A DNA stretch of 64,000 nt, the filler included, from Octopus bimaculoides (Eukaryota), in NCBI RefSeq assembly GCF_001194135.2. It is 5 parts of 5 records of this genome, joined end to end, with 100 filler letters (N's around TTAATTAATTAA, not from the genome) between each part and the next. Parts side by side here need not be neighbours in the genome. Positions count along the whole stretch, not along the records: positions 34,888 to 43,469 come from NC_069010.1; positions 43,570 to 62,852 come from NC_068987.1; 3 more parts are not named here. One strand, written 5' to 3'. Shown here piece by piece: positions 40,013 to 52,620 of the stretch. Position 1 is the stretch's first letter. Each line of letters opens with the position of its first letter. The notes beneath the pieces were generated by a model. The model saw only the letters and a program-made list of their open reading frames with translations. It was not told the origin of the DNA and did no database searches. Made by a program: the position numbers and the translations under genes.

Positions 40013-40224
40013 GCGCTGGCAGAACCGTTAGCACACCGGGCAAAATGCTTAGCGGTATTTCGTCTGCCCGCTACGTTCTGAGTTCAAATTCCGCCGAGGT
40101 CGACTTTGCCTTTCATCCTTTCGGGGTCGATTAAATAAGTACCAGTTACGCACTGGGGTCGATATAATCGATTTAATCCGTTTGTCCCCTCTGTGTGTAG
40201 CCCCTTGTGGGTAGTAAAGAAATA
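40013..40224 (+). mobile_element. SINE family A (tail type 2)
   Basis: GCTGGCAGAACCGTTAG ... GAGTTCAAATTCCGCC ... GTAGTAAAGAAATA. Confidence 0.9.
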
Positions 40225-40499
40225 ACACATAGACTATTCGTTTTATACATACACACAAACACACTTATGCACAGATATCAGCTGACAGTTATTGTCGTAT
40301 ATACAAATGTATACAGGTAACACCTCACACTTACACAGATATCAGCAGGTAATCCACACGCAGTCTAATAGTGTTAAACATACAGACACCAACACACACA
40401 CACACACATACACTGAGTTACCCACGCACAGACACACACACACACACACATAGTCTCATACAGTTACACGCATGCAGCACACAAACACACCGTCTCATA

Positions 40500-40830
40500 G
40501 TTGCACGGACACACACACTCACACACACAGACACACACACTCACACACACAGACACACACACTCACACACACAGACACACACACTCACACACACACTCAC
40601 ACACACAGACACACACACAGACACACACACTCACACACACAGACACACACACTCACACACACAGACACACACACTCACACACACACTCACACACACAGAC
40701 ACACACACTCACACACACTCACACTCACACACACACACTTACACACACACACACACACACAGACACACACACTCACACACACAGACACACACTCACACAC
40801 ACAGACACACACACTCACACACACACTCAG
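40500..40830. repeat. Higher-order (CA)-based minisatellite, about 20-bp unit ACACACACTCACACACACAG
   Basis: Regular alternation of CTC and CAG interruptions; explains the THTDTH ORFs. Confidence 0.85.
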
Positions 40831-41199
40831 ACCAGCAGACACTCAGCGTCACATTCTTCTTTTACTATTGCCTACATTGTCTTTTTTTTGGGGGGGGCTT
40901 AATTTTCGGTTTTATTTTCAAAAAATATTCCATAAAAATTAAGATATGAATATCATAATTACATATACATGATATGTGTGTATGTGATGAATATATAATG
41001 CAAATTTGATTATTATTTAATTTAATTTTCTTCTCTTTTTTTCCTTGTTACTTTTGTATGTGAAATGTTATAATCTAAATTAAAATTTAGTGAATTGTCA
41101 AAAATTGTTGAAAAACAAATTTATCTCGAAATTAAAGAAAAACGAACATGAGCGGAGAACGAAGAAAAATAAGAAAAATGATGTTACACAATCACATAG

Positions 41200-41910
41200 C
41201 GATACAAATACACACACATGCACATACATAGCCTATAGTGTTTACTCTCATACACACACAAACACACGCTCACATCGTTACATACAGAGTCTACTATAGT
41301 TTTAGACACACATATACACATATATAGTCTATTATTTTTACACACTAGCACAGTCTCATTGTTATGTACACTCTATTATCATTTTATACACACACACACA
41401 CACACAGATACCAATATGTACACATTCACAGTTGATTATATTTTCACACTTACACATACACACGCACAAACACACAGATACTAACATACAGACATACATA
41501 TCTATTATATTTTTACATAAACACACACAGATACTAACATACACACATACATAGTCTAACATGTTTACACACATACACACTCAGTCTCATATTGTTACAT
41601 ACAGTCTATTATTGTTTTACACACACACACGCATACAGATACCAGCATAGTGTCAGCATTACACTAACACAGATACCAACATACACGCATACATTATATT
41701 TACACACACACACACCCACACACACAGATATCAGCAACCATAGAATGTCATAGTGTTACACAAACACACACCAACATACACAAATACACAGTCTATTATA
41801 TTTACACACACACACAGATATCAGCAACCGTAGAATGTCAGTGTTACACAAACACACACCAACATACACACATACACAGTCTATTATATTTACACACACA
41901 CACACACACT
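41200..41910. repeat. Degenerate minisatellite (agtctattatattt / cacacagatacc-aacatac units)
   Basis: Motifs recur many times with variable CA spacers. Confidence 0.65.
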
Positions 41911-42202
41911 TTTCACTCACAAAATCTGAAGAGAAACTCAGATGCCAAAAGATATTAACGATATGTAAACACATTTTCTGTAAACAACCATTAACAGATA
42001 AATGCAGTGAATACAGCAACAACAACAACAACTACAGCGAGACATCATAAAAGATGAAATGAGTCAAGAGGGGAAACTGTAATGCGATCGTTTGACCTGC
42101 TAGAAGCAGCAGGTAAAATCTCTCTCATACCACAAGCGACAGGTTATCATCTGGAAATTACTTACATCAACACATTTTTTGGTTTGGTGGTCTTTTGGAG
42201 AA

Positions 42203-42557
42203 GGTGGCACTCCGTCAGTTGCGACGACGAGAGTTCCAGTTGATCCGATCAACGGAACTGCCTGCTCGTGAAATTATCGTGCAAGTGGCTGAGCACTCCA
42301 CAGACACGTGTACCCTTAACGTAGTTCTTGTGGGGAGATCCAGCGTGACACAGAGTGTGACAAGGTTGGCCCTTTGAAATACAGGTAAAACAGAAACAGG
42401 AAGAAAGAGTGATAGAAAGTTGTGGTGAAAGAGTACAGCAGGGTTCGCCACCATCCCCTGTCGGAACCTCGTAGAGCTTTAGGTGTTTTCGCTCAATAAA
42501 CACTCACAACGCCCGGTCTGGGACTTGAAACCGCGAGTCCGCTGCCCTAACCACTGG
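42203..42557 (-). mobile_element. SINE family C
   Basis: Colinear with 5534-5890 apart from small indels. Confidence 0.85.
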
Positions 42558-42623
42558 CAACGTTACTATTTGTTAAATTGAAAGAAGTTAATTCTTCCTT
42601 TAGTTTGGCAAGAAAGCTTATCT

Positions 42624-42925
42624 AAGGCGTCGAGCTGATAGAATCGTTAGCGTGCCGGGCGCAATGCTTCGCGGCATTTCGTCAGCCGTTACGTTCTGAG
42701 TTCAAATTCCGCCGAGGTCGACTTTGCCTTTCATCCTTTCGGGGGNNNNNNNNNNNNNNNNNNNNNNNNNNNNNNNNNNNNNNNNNNNNNNNNNNNNNNN
42801 NNNNNNNNNNNNNNNCGATAAATTAAGTACCAGTTCTGCACTGGAGTCGATGTAATCGACTTAATCCCTTTGTCTGTCCTTCTTTGTCCCCTCTATGTTT
42901 AGCCTCTTGTAGGCAATAAAGAAAT
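42624..42925 (+). mobile_element. Full-length SINE family A (tail type 2) spanning an N gap, 14-bp TSD
   Basis: AAGAAAGCTTATCT at 42610-42623 and 42926-42939; SINE consensus is continuous across the 70 Ns. Confidence 0.9.
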
Positions 42926-43110
42926 AAGAAAGCTTATCTTAAGCCCAACCATTGCTGGTGGTGGTGGTGGGGTCCGTCTGTTGCTATGCAGATGAGCCGT
43001 TCATGAACAAAGATTCATCTTTGAGACTGCTTCTTCACTTCTTCATAAATTTTACCTCCTGAAACTGTCTTTCATTGCCTGAACAGTGAGAAATTCTTTA
43101 GTGAAATCAA

Positions 43111-43469
43111 ATGAATGTCAATGTGAATACCCGTCAGAGTGTAAGTATCTTGAGAGAAAAGCTGAACATTAGAAGCATCAGTTGTGGCGTGCAAGAGAGA
43201 CGATTGCGCTGGTATGGACATGTGGTGAGAATGGAGGAGGATAGCTGCGTGAAAAAGTGCCACACCCTAACAGTTGAGGGAACCCGTGGAAGAGGTAGGC
43301 CCAGGAAGACCTGGGCTGAGGTGGTGAGGCAAGACCTTCGTACATTGGGCCTCACCGAGGCGATGACTACGGACCGAGACCTTTGGAAATGGGCTGTGCG
43401 TGAGAAGACCCGGCAAGCCAAGTAAGATCGTTGCCAGTGCCCCTGGACTGGTTCTTGTGCGGGTGGCAC
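43111..43469 (+). mobile_element. RTE-clade LINE 3' end (ORF2 C-terminus plus 3' UTR start)
   Basis: Open frame QERRLRWYGHVVRMEEDSCVKKC..VEGTRGRGRPRKTWAEVVRQDL..DRDLWK; cut by a scaffold join. Confidence 0.85.
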
Positions 43470-43569
43470 NNNNNNNNNNNNNNNNNNNNNNNNNNNNNNN
43501 NNNNNNNNNNNNNTTAATTAATTAANNNNNNNNNNNNNNNNNNNNNNNNNNNNNNNNNNNNNNNNNNNN
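43470..43569. other. Artificial scaffold-join linker
   Basis: N44-TTAATTAATTAA-N44. Confidence 0.9.
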
Positions 43570-43570
43570 T

Positions 43571-43925
43571 GGAAAAACTTTCAAAATACAAAGACCTGGA
43601 AATAGAGATAACTCGAATGTGGAATCTAAAAACAGAAACAATTCCTATCATAGTAGGTGCCTTAGGTATAATAAAAAAATATTCAGACAAATACATAACA
43701 AAAACACCAGGACTTACAAATATATATAACATACAGAAAATTGCACTACTGGGTACTGCAGACACTCTACGCAAAACACTTTCAATACAGTAAACATAAG
43801 AGCACCACAGCAAACCACAGCACATACCCAAGGCGCACAGAGCTGCGCTCGTTAGTGAAGTGAAAGCACGTTATAAAAATAAAACTACTGAACAAAAATA
43901 ATAATAGTAATAATAATAATAATAA
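43571..43925 (+). mobile_element. RLE-type (R4/Dong-like) non-LTR retrotransposon 3' end, copy 1, with (AAT)n tail
   Basis: Intact frame 43572-43793: EKLSKYKDLEIEITRMWNLKTETIPIIVGALG...IQKIALLGTADTLRKTLSIQ*, then 3' UTR and (AAT)n. Confidence 0.85.
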
Positions 43926-44109
43926 TTATAATATCTTGAATATTTCTTCTGTGATTTTAAAATTTCTGAAGCAATTTTCAAAATTTCTCCTGTAATTTCA
44001 AACTTCCTTAAGCAATCTTCAAAGCTTCTATGCAAACTTTCTGAAGTTATCTTCAACATTTCTCCTTCAAACTTCCTGGAGTACAACATATCAGTGTGAA
44101 ATACGAATC

Positions 44110-45392
44110 TCCAATTATACCACTCTAATGGAGTACTGACCACGAATAATATTAGTATCAAATGCGGCATTTTCCAAGGTGACTCACTTAAACCTTTTCC
44201 AAGGTGACTCATCTTAAACTTTTTACATAACCCTAATATTCCTTGCAAGTGAACTTAACAGAACAGAGTATGGGTATGAAATTGGTGACAAGAAAATAAG
44301 TCATCTATTTTATATGGAAACTTAAAAGTCTGTGGCAACGACGATAATGAGCTTGAAGGACTGCTACATACTGTGAAAGCATTCAGTGATGACATCGGGA
44401 TGGAATTTGGTCTTGATAAATGTGTCAAGGTCACTTTCCAGACAGGGAAATCGAAAACCTCACATTCAGTGGTGTTGGATATTGACACAGGCATAAAAGA
44501 ACTCAAGCAGGAACAAACTTACAAATACCGTGGAATAAATTAGGGCTCTGGCATTCAGCATGCAAGCATGAAAGGGATCAGGAAGGAATGTTACAGGAGA
44601 GATCGAGCAGTCCTAAAATCCGGGTTAAGTGCACGTAACAAGGTATTAGCTATAAATTCCTTAGCAGTTCCGGTTATTTACAGCTTCAATGTTTTGAACT
44701 GGAATACGAGCGAAATAAGGAAGATTGGCAGCAAAATCTGCTGATTTGCAATAAGCTGCTGATTTGCAATAAGATGCATCACCCAAAGGCAGACGCAGAT
44801 CGTCGTTACCTTCCCAGAGCTCAAGGAGGTCGAGGCTTGATCCAATTTGAAATCTCTTATAAAATCATCACAATTGGACTGGCAAAATATCTTGAAACAA
44901 CTAACGACTGGATACTAAAGCACGTTGAAAACCACGGAAGTTGTAAGAAAATTCATTCTGTTATGAAGAAAAGCAAAAATATTTCAAGTGAGTTTAATAC
45001 CCAGGTTGAACAGCATGATGGAAGTGCGGTGGCAACCGTAGTTGCAAATAAGGTGAAATCAATCGCAAAACAACATGCTTTTCAACAATTGGCTGATAGG
45101 TGGGAAAAAAACCCCTCTGCATGGCAAGTATGTGGCCCATAGCAAAAAAAAATAGCTGATGTAGACCAAAAACATCAGTGGCTACGGGACTCAAGGCTAA
45201 AGGCAGAGAGTGAAGGCTTTATGTTGGCTGTCCAAGAGCAGAGCTTTTTGACCCGGAACTATCAAGCCAAAGTGATGAAAAATGGTGTAGACCCAAAGTG
45301 CCGATACTGCAACAATGGGATTGAAGGAGTGGACCACCTAATCTCTGGGTTTAAGGTTTAGCCCCAAATCAAGACATGACAGAGTTGTCCAA
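44110..45392 (+). mobile_element. RLE-type (R4/Dong-like) LINE, copy 2, RT to zinc knuckle, decayed
   Basis: GIFQGDSL, KISHLFYM, FSDDIGMEFGLDKC, NKVLAINSLAVP, YLPRAQGGRGL, LKAESEGFMLAVQEQ, CRYCNNGIEGVDHLISG, RHDRVVQ. Confidence 0.85.
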
Positions 45393-46738
45393 TTGAGTTG
45401 GCAACTAAGTTCCCGCCGTTTTAAAAAATTTAACTTTTTAAGAGGTTTAATGGAAAATAACAACTAATTAATCAATAATGTATTGACCCTTGTTGTTTAC
45501 AACTTCTTCCCAACGTTCAACAAGATTTTCAATACCTCGTTGGTAGAAATCACACGATTTCGTCTCGAAAAATTGATCAAACCAAGCTCTCAATTCTACA
45601 TTAGTATTGAACGAAACGACTCCACGCATAGCATTTGAAAGAATTCGAAAGAGGTGGAAATCCGTTGGTGCCAAATCAGGAGAGTACAGTAAGTGTGACA
45701 GCATTTCCCAGCCATGCGTTTGAATGGCTTCCTTAGTCATATTGGCGATATGAGGGCGGGCGTTGTTGTGCAGCAGAAGAACTCCATGCTGACGATTAGG
45801 TCTTTTCTCTTGAATAGCCATGTTGGGTCGCCCCATCTGTTGAACATAGAGTTCCGCATTGACCGTTTGGTTCCGTTCTAGCAATTCGTAATGGATAATC
45901 CCTTCCCAGTCCCACCATACGCACAACATCGTTTTACGCCGATGAAGATCTTGTTTCACGCGCGGGGTCGCTTGTTTACCGGGGCTAAGTCATTCCTTAC
46001 GCTGCTTCATATTGATGTACAACACCGTTTTTCGTCGCCAGTAACGATTCGGTAAAGAAATCGTTGCTTGTGTCCATGAGTTGAGTGGTGACGAGCAAGC
46101 AAACCAGCGGAGATTGTGGCTCGTTGGTTTTTGTTGTTGTCACTTAAAGCATGCAGAACCCATGCTCCATACTTCTGAACCTTTCCCATCGAGTGAAGAA
46201 GCTTCTCTATAGCAGTGTGGGAGCATTCCATTTTCTCTGCCANNNNNNNNNNNNNNNNNNNNNNNNNNNNNNNNNNNNNNNNNNNNNNNNNNNNNNNNNN
46301 NNNNNNNNNNNNNNNNNNNNNNNNNNNNNNNNNNNNNNNNNNNNNNNNNNNNNNNNNNNNNNNNNNNNNNNNNNNNNNNNNNNNNNNNNNNNNNNNNNNN
46401 NNNNNNNNNTTGAACTTGGCATACCAATCATGAGCGGTTTTTTCAACTCTGGCACCCTCTCCATACACAGTACAAATGTTGCGAGCATCTTTTGCGGCCT
46501 TAGAACTTTGATTAAAAGTAAAAAGAAGGAGGTGTCAAAAATGCTCGTTTTTCTTAACTTGACATTCCATTTTAATGATCTCAAAATAAACAAAAATTAA
46601 CTAAAATTTACAAGAAAAAAAAAAAAGATTCCAAAATGATTCAAAAATAGAATTCTCGAAAAAATTAAATTTCAAAATTTAAAAACGCAATAAATTCCAA
46701 AATTTAAAAAAGCGGTGGGAACTTAATTGCCAACCCAA
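45393..46738 (-). mobile_element. Full-length inactivated mariner (DD34D)
   Basis: TIRs TTG(G/A)GTTGGCAA(C/T)TAAGTTCCC(G/A)CCG at both ends; ATG at 46570 (MECQVKKNEHF*), AWVLHAL, IVTGDEK, LHNNARPH (D>N) and, 34 residues later, YSPDLAPTDFHLF; stop, frameshift and N gap inside. Confidence 0.92.
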
Positions 46739-47024
46739 TACATTGGATAATGTGTCAGTATTACAAAATCAAAACTACTAGCAAATGCTACATGCACCAC
46801 CCTGAGGCTGTAACCGATGGAGAAAATGTAACGATTCTTTGTAGCACTTGTAGAAAACAACACTGCTTGGAACCGCTCGAATACACCGGAAGGTGCTCGA
46901 AAAATAAGAGGTGTCACCTTAGTTTAGTGGTAGTGAACAGCTGACACTGCAGAGAATTGCCAGCGTTAGAAGCTGTGCAAAGACAATGATAATAACAATA
47001 ATAATGATGATGATGATGATAATG

Positions 47025-47095
<71 letters not shown>
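46739..47095 (+). mobile_element. Continuation of RLE LINE copy 2 after the mariner, internally deleted, (AAT)n tail
   Basis: IHWIMCQYYKIKTTSKCYMHHPEAVTDGENVTIL, then KTTLLGTARIHRKVLEK*, then a long (AAT)n. Confidence 0.75.
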
Positions 47096-47308
47096 TTCAA
47101 ATTCTGGCTCAAGGTCAGAAACTTTGCACAAGGGACTAACCCGATTACATCGATTCCAGTGCTCAAATGGTATTTATTTTATTGACCCCGAAATAAAGAA
47201 AGTCAAAGTGAACCTCAGCGGAATTTGAACTCAATACGTAAGGATGGAAGAAATGCCGCTAAGCATTTTGCCTGGCGTCCTAACGATTTCTTTCAGCTCA
47301 TCGCGTTT
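47096..47308 (-). mobile_element. Degenerate SINE family A
   Basis: gaccccgaaa..aaagtgaacctcagcggaatttgaactca..gccgctaagcattttgcctggcg. Confidence 0.75.
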
Positions 47309-47322
47309 ATACTACTACTACA

Positions 47323-47384
<62 letters not shown>

Positions 47385-47404
47385 CACCACCACCAACGGT
47401 AGTG

Positions 47405-48553
47405 GGTATAGATATTTAGGGATTTTGGACCTGGATAACATTCTATACAACGAGATGAAAGTCAAGGTCAGCGAGGCGTATCAAAAAGGGTGAAGATGGT
47501 GTTGAAATTCAATCTGATTGCCAAAAAGTTGATGACGCTGCAGGGGGCACTACAAACTAAAGCAAACGTAAGCACACTGTATATGAAACCAAAGAATGCT
47601 AGCAGAGAACTAATTAGAATAGACACTTGCGTAAGGGGTGAAAGGAGACCACTTGCCGAGTACTTGATAAATAGCGATGAAGACCAGCTTCAATATGTCG
47701 AGAAATGTATGGGTGTAAATGCAGATTAAATGATGGGCAAGGAAGAGTTTAACCAAAGAGCTGAGTAGAAGAAAAAAAACATTCTTCAAATGAGAAAACA
47801 TGGACAGTTTGCAAAGAATACACAAGACGTTAATAATAATACAGCATTGTGGGCATGGCTTGAGCGAGGTGATTTGAAGAGTACCACCGAAAGCTTAATC
47901 ATTGCTGCACAAGACCAGGCTTTTGCTGCCAAGTCAGGGAAATAAACATCTATGAAATTTCTGACACTCAGAAATGCAGACTCTGTGGAAAGAGTGTGGA
48001 AAATGTGACCCACTTGGTAAGTAGATAGAGCCTTGCACACAAAAAAAAACAAAAAACTACAAGCGCCACCATGATAAAGTGTGTGTGTATCTTCATTGGC
48101 TCTTATGCTGTAAATACCAATATGAAGTAACAGAGAACTGATATGAGCACGTACTAAGTAAAGTTATGCAGGAGGATGGAAAAGTAACGATACACTGAGA
48201 CTATGATTTTCAGACCGATCGTGTAATCGAACACATGAATGCTGTGCGTAAAGAGGTTGAAAAAAATCACCAAGTACCTCGAATTGAAAGTGGAAATGGC
48301 AAGACTGTATGGAATGCGAGAGGGTAATATAAAAGTGATACCAGTGATAATTGGAGCGTTGGGCTCCATCCCATTGAAACTTCAAGACTTCTTAAGGCAA
48401 CTGGAAATTTCATGCACGATTGATGTCTTGCAAACGTAGCCATATTGGGCACAGTGCACATCTTAAGGAAAGTATTATCTGTCTGAGGTTGTTGTTGTGA
48501 CTTGACAGATGACTAAAGACTCCGGTGAATTTTTACCTAACTGTGTTACGAAG

Positions 48554-48620
<67 letters not shown>
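47405..48620 (+). mobile_element. RLE-type (R4/Dong-like) LINE, copy 3, 5'-truncated, (AAT)n tail
   Basis: YRYLGILDLD, WLERGDLKSTTESLIIAAQDQ, CRLCGKSVENVTHL, RHHDKVCVYLHW, DFQTDRVIEH, KYLELKVEMARLY..VIPVIIGALG, LGTVHILRKVLSV*. Confidence 0.85.
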
Positions 48621-48621
<1 letters not shown>

Positions 48622-49399
48622 GTAGTAATGATGATGATGATGATGATGAATATGATGGTGCTGCTGCTGCTACTGATGATGATGATGGCAGTGGCGGTGG
48701 TGGCATTAATGGTGTTGAGGATGGACAAAAGAGTTACAGGAATTAGAATTAGCAAGCTGCTCACAATATACAGCTCGCATCGCTATGAAAGTATCATCGA
48801 CAATCATATACATTCTAGATTTGCCCTTATTCTAATAATTCTTGACCTAACATTGAAAGTATCCAGCAATAGAAGCTAGGAACTATTCTTTTCTTTAAAT
48901 TAACGTAGGAAATAACACAATCGTAATATCTGTATATACTAAGGAAGCCACAACTGATGCCTATATATACGTCGTGTTCATAGAGAATATCAATAATGTC
49001 TCCAAAGTACACTTTCCTGTGTATCCTGACAAGAGTTTTTGTTTTGTTTTGTCTTTGTTTGTTGGACACCCAATTTACGATGTTGTTGTCCACGCAAAAT
49101 TACGTTTCTATTGATGTTCACTTCCTCAAATTAAATTATTCCTTAGTTCACTGCTGTTATTCGAACAAGCTAGAAGACCAAGTTGCAGAACAATACAAAA
49201 TCATTGAAACAAATATCACCTTACAAATATAAGAGATACAACAACCAATAAAACGCAGGAACCAAATTCATCCTACCTATAAAATGAATGAACACAAAAC
49301 CTCTCATAAAATAGTGCAAAATAAATCTTAGCATGAACCACAACTAACATTAAGAATATATTACAAACCTTCTGATCATTATAAAACTGTAGCACCGTA

Positions 49400-49700
49400 T
49401 GCGATGGAAGCAACTTCAGATGAATGTTATATTCAAATTTCAGTGTAAACACAAAAGCTGTAAATTCGAATTTAAATTAATGTTACATAGAACAAACAAC
49501 TACAACACTTGCTCGCTATTTATCTATGTAGTTCTTACACATAACCATTACAACACATTACAATATATAACAGAACATAAAATTAAAAAAAGTATGCTAT
49601 ACAACTATTTTATACAGACTTCTTAGAAAGATAAAATGATTACCAATAAAATTAGCGAAGTACAACCAAATATTAACACAAGATTATTCTAATATAACAA
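49400..49700 (+). mobile_element. Penelope-like GIY-YIG endonuclease remnant
   Basis: NVIFKFQC..C then (frameshift) CYIEQTTTTLARYLSM, resembling VVY.F.C...YIGQTTTTL.RRL.MH; later QPNIN. Confidence 0.6.
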
Positions 49701-49747
49701 TAATATATTAACTGTTAATGAATACAGAATAGAACTAGGGGTTCGAT

Positions 49748-49787
<40 letters not shown>

Positions 49788-50388
49788 AAGGTGATACCAT
49801 TAGGCTCAACAACATTCTCAGGCATTGCGTGCTAATTTAAAACAACCCAGTAATAAAAATAAGCCCAAATGTCACCTTGAGGATAATGCCGAAATTTTGC
49901 AAATGTTGATTAACTATTTCTCAAAACTAATAAAGAAATAATAAAAAATGTATTTTAATAGGCAAACCAAAGCTATCACGATCGTTTTTCAGCTGAACAA
50001 TTTGAGAAATTATTCCGCGTATACTCTTCGTCTCTCTCCCTCTCATTTTATTCATACGTACACACGCATACACATATATAAATGTTAGCCTAAATATAGC
50101 ATTTTGCCTATCATACCTTGATACTGTGTGGACTGAGATTCCCCTATTATCTAAAATAAAGTGTTAGCATTTGTGGTAAGCAAATTAGTAGCTACCATTT
50201 ACTGTAGCTACCGTAATTGGTGACTTTACAAACAGAATGGCTGCTTGTTTTCCTGGGATCGGTAAATTGGTGTAGATACCTCTGATTAGAATCCAATAAG
50301 AATCGAATAAGGGTGTTCATCATTCTTTTCAATCAACGTAGAAACAGCAAAATGAGTCCTGTTTATAAATATACTCTCTCTCTCCCCA

Positions 50389-50440
<52 letters not shown>

Positions 50441-52620
50441 ATAAAGATTTTATTCCCATGCTGGCCAATTGATATGATCGGTATCTTAAATATCGATCTT
50501 ATCCTTATTTATATAAATCTATATATTTTTATAACGAACTATTTCACTTTCTGCTTACTGAATCTATTAAAATAAACACATATCACATTCCTAACACCAT
50601 AATGATTTTTTAAAAAACTGGTAGGAATACGAACGCGATAAACATCTGATGATATCATAGCAAAGGGAGAGACAGCTACAGTAGACAAAGTGAGAGACAG
50701 AGCGCAGCACTGACCTCTAAAACTAATGATAAACTGACTAGTTACCAAAACCACGGTGATAAGAATATACCAGTAGAAATATATCGAGTAATTATAAACC
50801 ACATCGTGCATAGTCTTTCTCGTTTGCACATCCAAAGCTATACAGTATATCTCTTTATACCTAGCCACTGTGTACTTTCTCTGTAATAACTCTGTCAGCC
50901 TCTCTTTGAGTATTTACATGTAAGAAGATTCGTGTGCTTATTTAATTCATATATCTATTTAATTACACTTGTACATATACGTATATGTGTATAAAAATAT
51001 ATTATTCATAAATACATGCATATATAGATATAAGCGTATACATTAATATTCATTTCTAAGGATTCATTAACAGTTGAGGCATATCAGCATGTAAGACGCC
51101 AGCGTATGGCTAGGTATAATTACATAGCGCTTACAGTTATATAATACAACATTGTAAACGTGAAATGCTTACAGGATACTGTGGTTATGTAAATACCAAA
51201 TCCAGTTAATAAACAATGACCGAATAGCTGGTAAATCTTTAGTGCAGAGTAAGTATAAAATAATAACATACTAGTGGCGTTCTATTACAGCAGAACTTTG
51301 TTCAATGTAGTCGTAAAAGATTTCATAATTGAATACATAATATTATTATACAATTCTATTGTCGTCAGGCTTAATCTAATTTAAACGGCCAACCCTGGAC
51401 TAAAGCTACCAATACATTTGCAAAATATTATTATGCAATCTATTACATAATTGAAAACAGTTCTACTGAAACAGCTGTTACCCATATACAGTCATATATG
51501 TAAAAAATAAATATATAGTTATATACATTTACATCCCTCAATAATCCTCTTTATTTTCCGCTTCTCCCCTCTCGTTCTTTGCTGTCCCCTGTCTGTCTTT
51601 CTTCCACTCCCTATCATCTTTCGTTCCTTCTCCCTTTTCCTCACTCGCTTTGCTTCTTCCCTAATCCTCTTTCTTGTCCCTCTTCTCCTCTGCCTATTTA
51701 CTCACACGTGACTACAGGCCATTTCTCTCACCTCTGTCTTTTCTGAACGCGACGTCCACATAGCTGGACTTCATTTCTCTCGCCTCCCGACATTTTCCTC
51801 TTCTACTATTTTATTCTCTACTATTTCTTCTATATCCTTTCAAAATTTCTCCCAGGCGTTACCCATTGCGTCTTGGCCTAACGGCCCTTAATGTTTGCCT
51901 TCATCGATTGTTTACTTTGTACGTCCACTCTGTTGCTGTTTGTTCGTTCGAAGGCCTGACTCTCCACAAATTTTATAATTTAAAAATTTCTGCATTCTGC
52001 TGTTTTATGAACTTTTCCTATCTTGTCGTTGAAAGTTCGAAATAGGGAGTAATAAACAGTCGACAACTGAGGAAGAATTAGACTTCTTTTGGTATTTTGT
52101 CCCGTATTTGTCTCTCATTATGTGTTTACGCATTTTCACTCGCTGTTGATGTCCTGTTCTTATATTGTATTTTTTGATATTTTGTCCTGCACTTATCACT
52201 CGTGTCTTTACTTGTTTTTCATTCGTTGGTGATGTCCGGTACTTAATTTGTGTGTGTATCTATATATAAGCTGCAAAATTATCACATATGTTCTGTGTTA
52301 CCCAGAGTTTCACGTTCCCGCTCGTCGGATAGTTGTGATAAATACTTAACTATAATATGTGTGTATGTGCGTAAGTATGTTGTCCCAAAACTCTGACTTC
52401 ATTTGACAATCGCACGTTTCGCTACCGTCCCTACCTTCCTACTAGCGCAACAAAGCAACAAATAACCAACACCCTATTTACTCAGGTACGGGAATGGGAA
52501 ACTTTGAGTAAAACTTCTGTAATAATTTTGCAGCTTTAATAATAAGTATATTGCTCTAATATTTTTTCCGCCTTATTTTGCACATATGTGCTCACCTGTG
52601 TGAGTATATATACCCATGTT

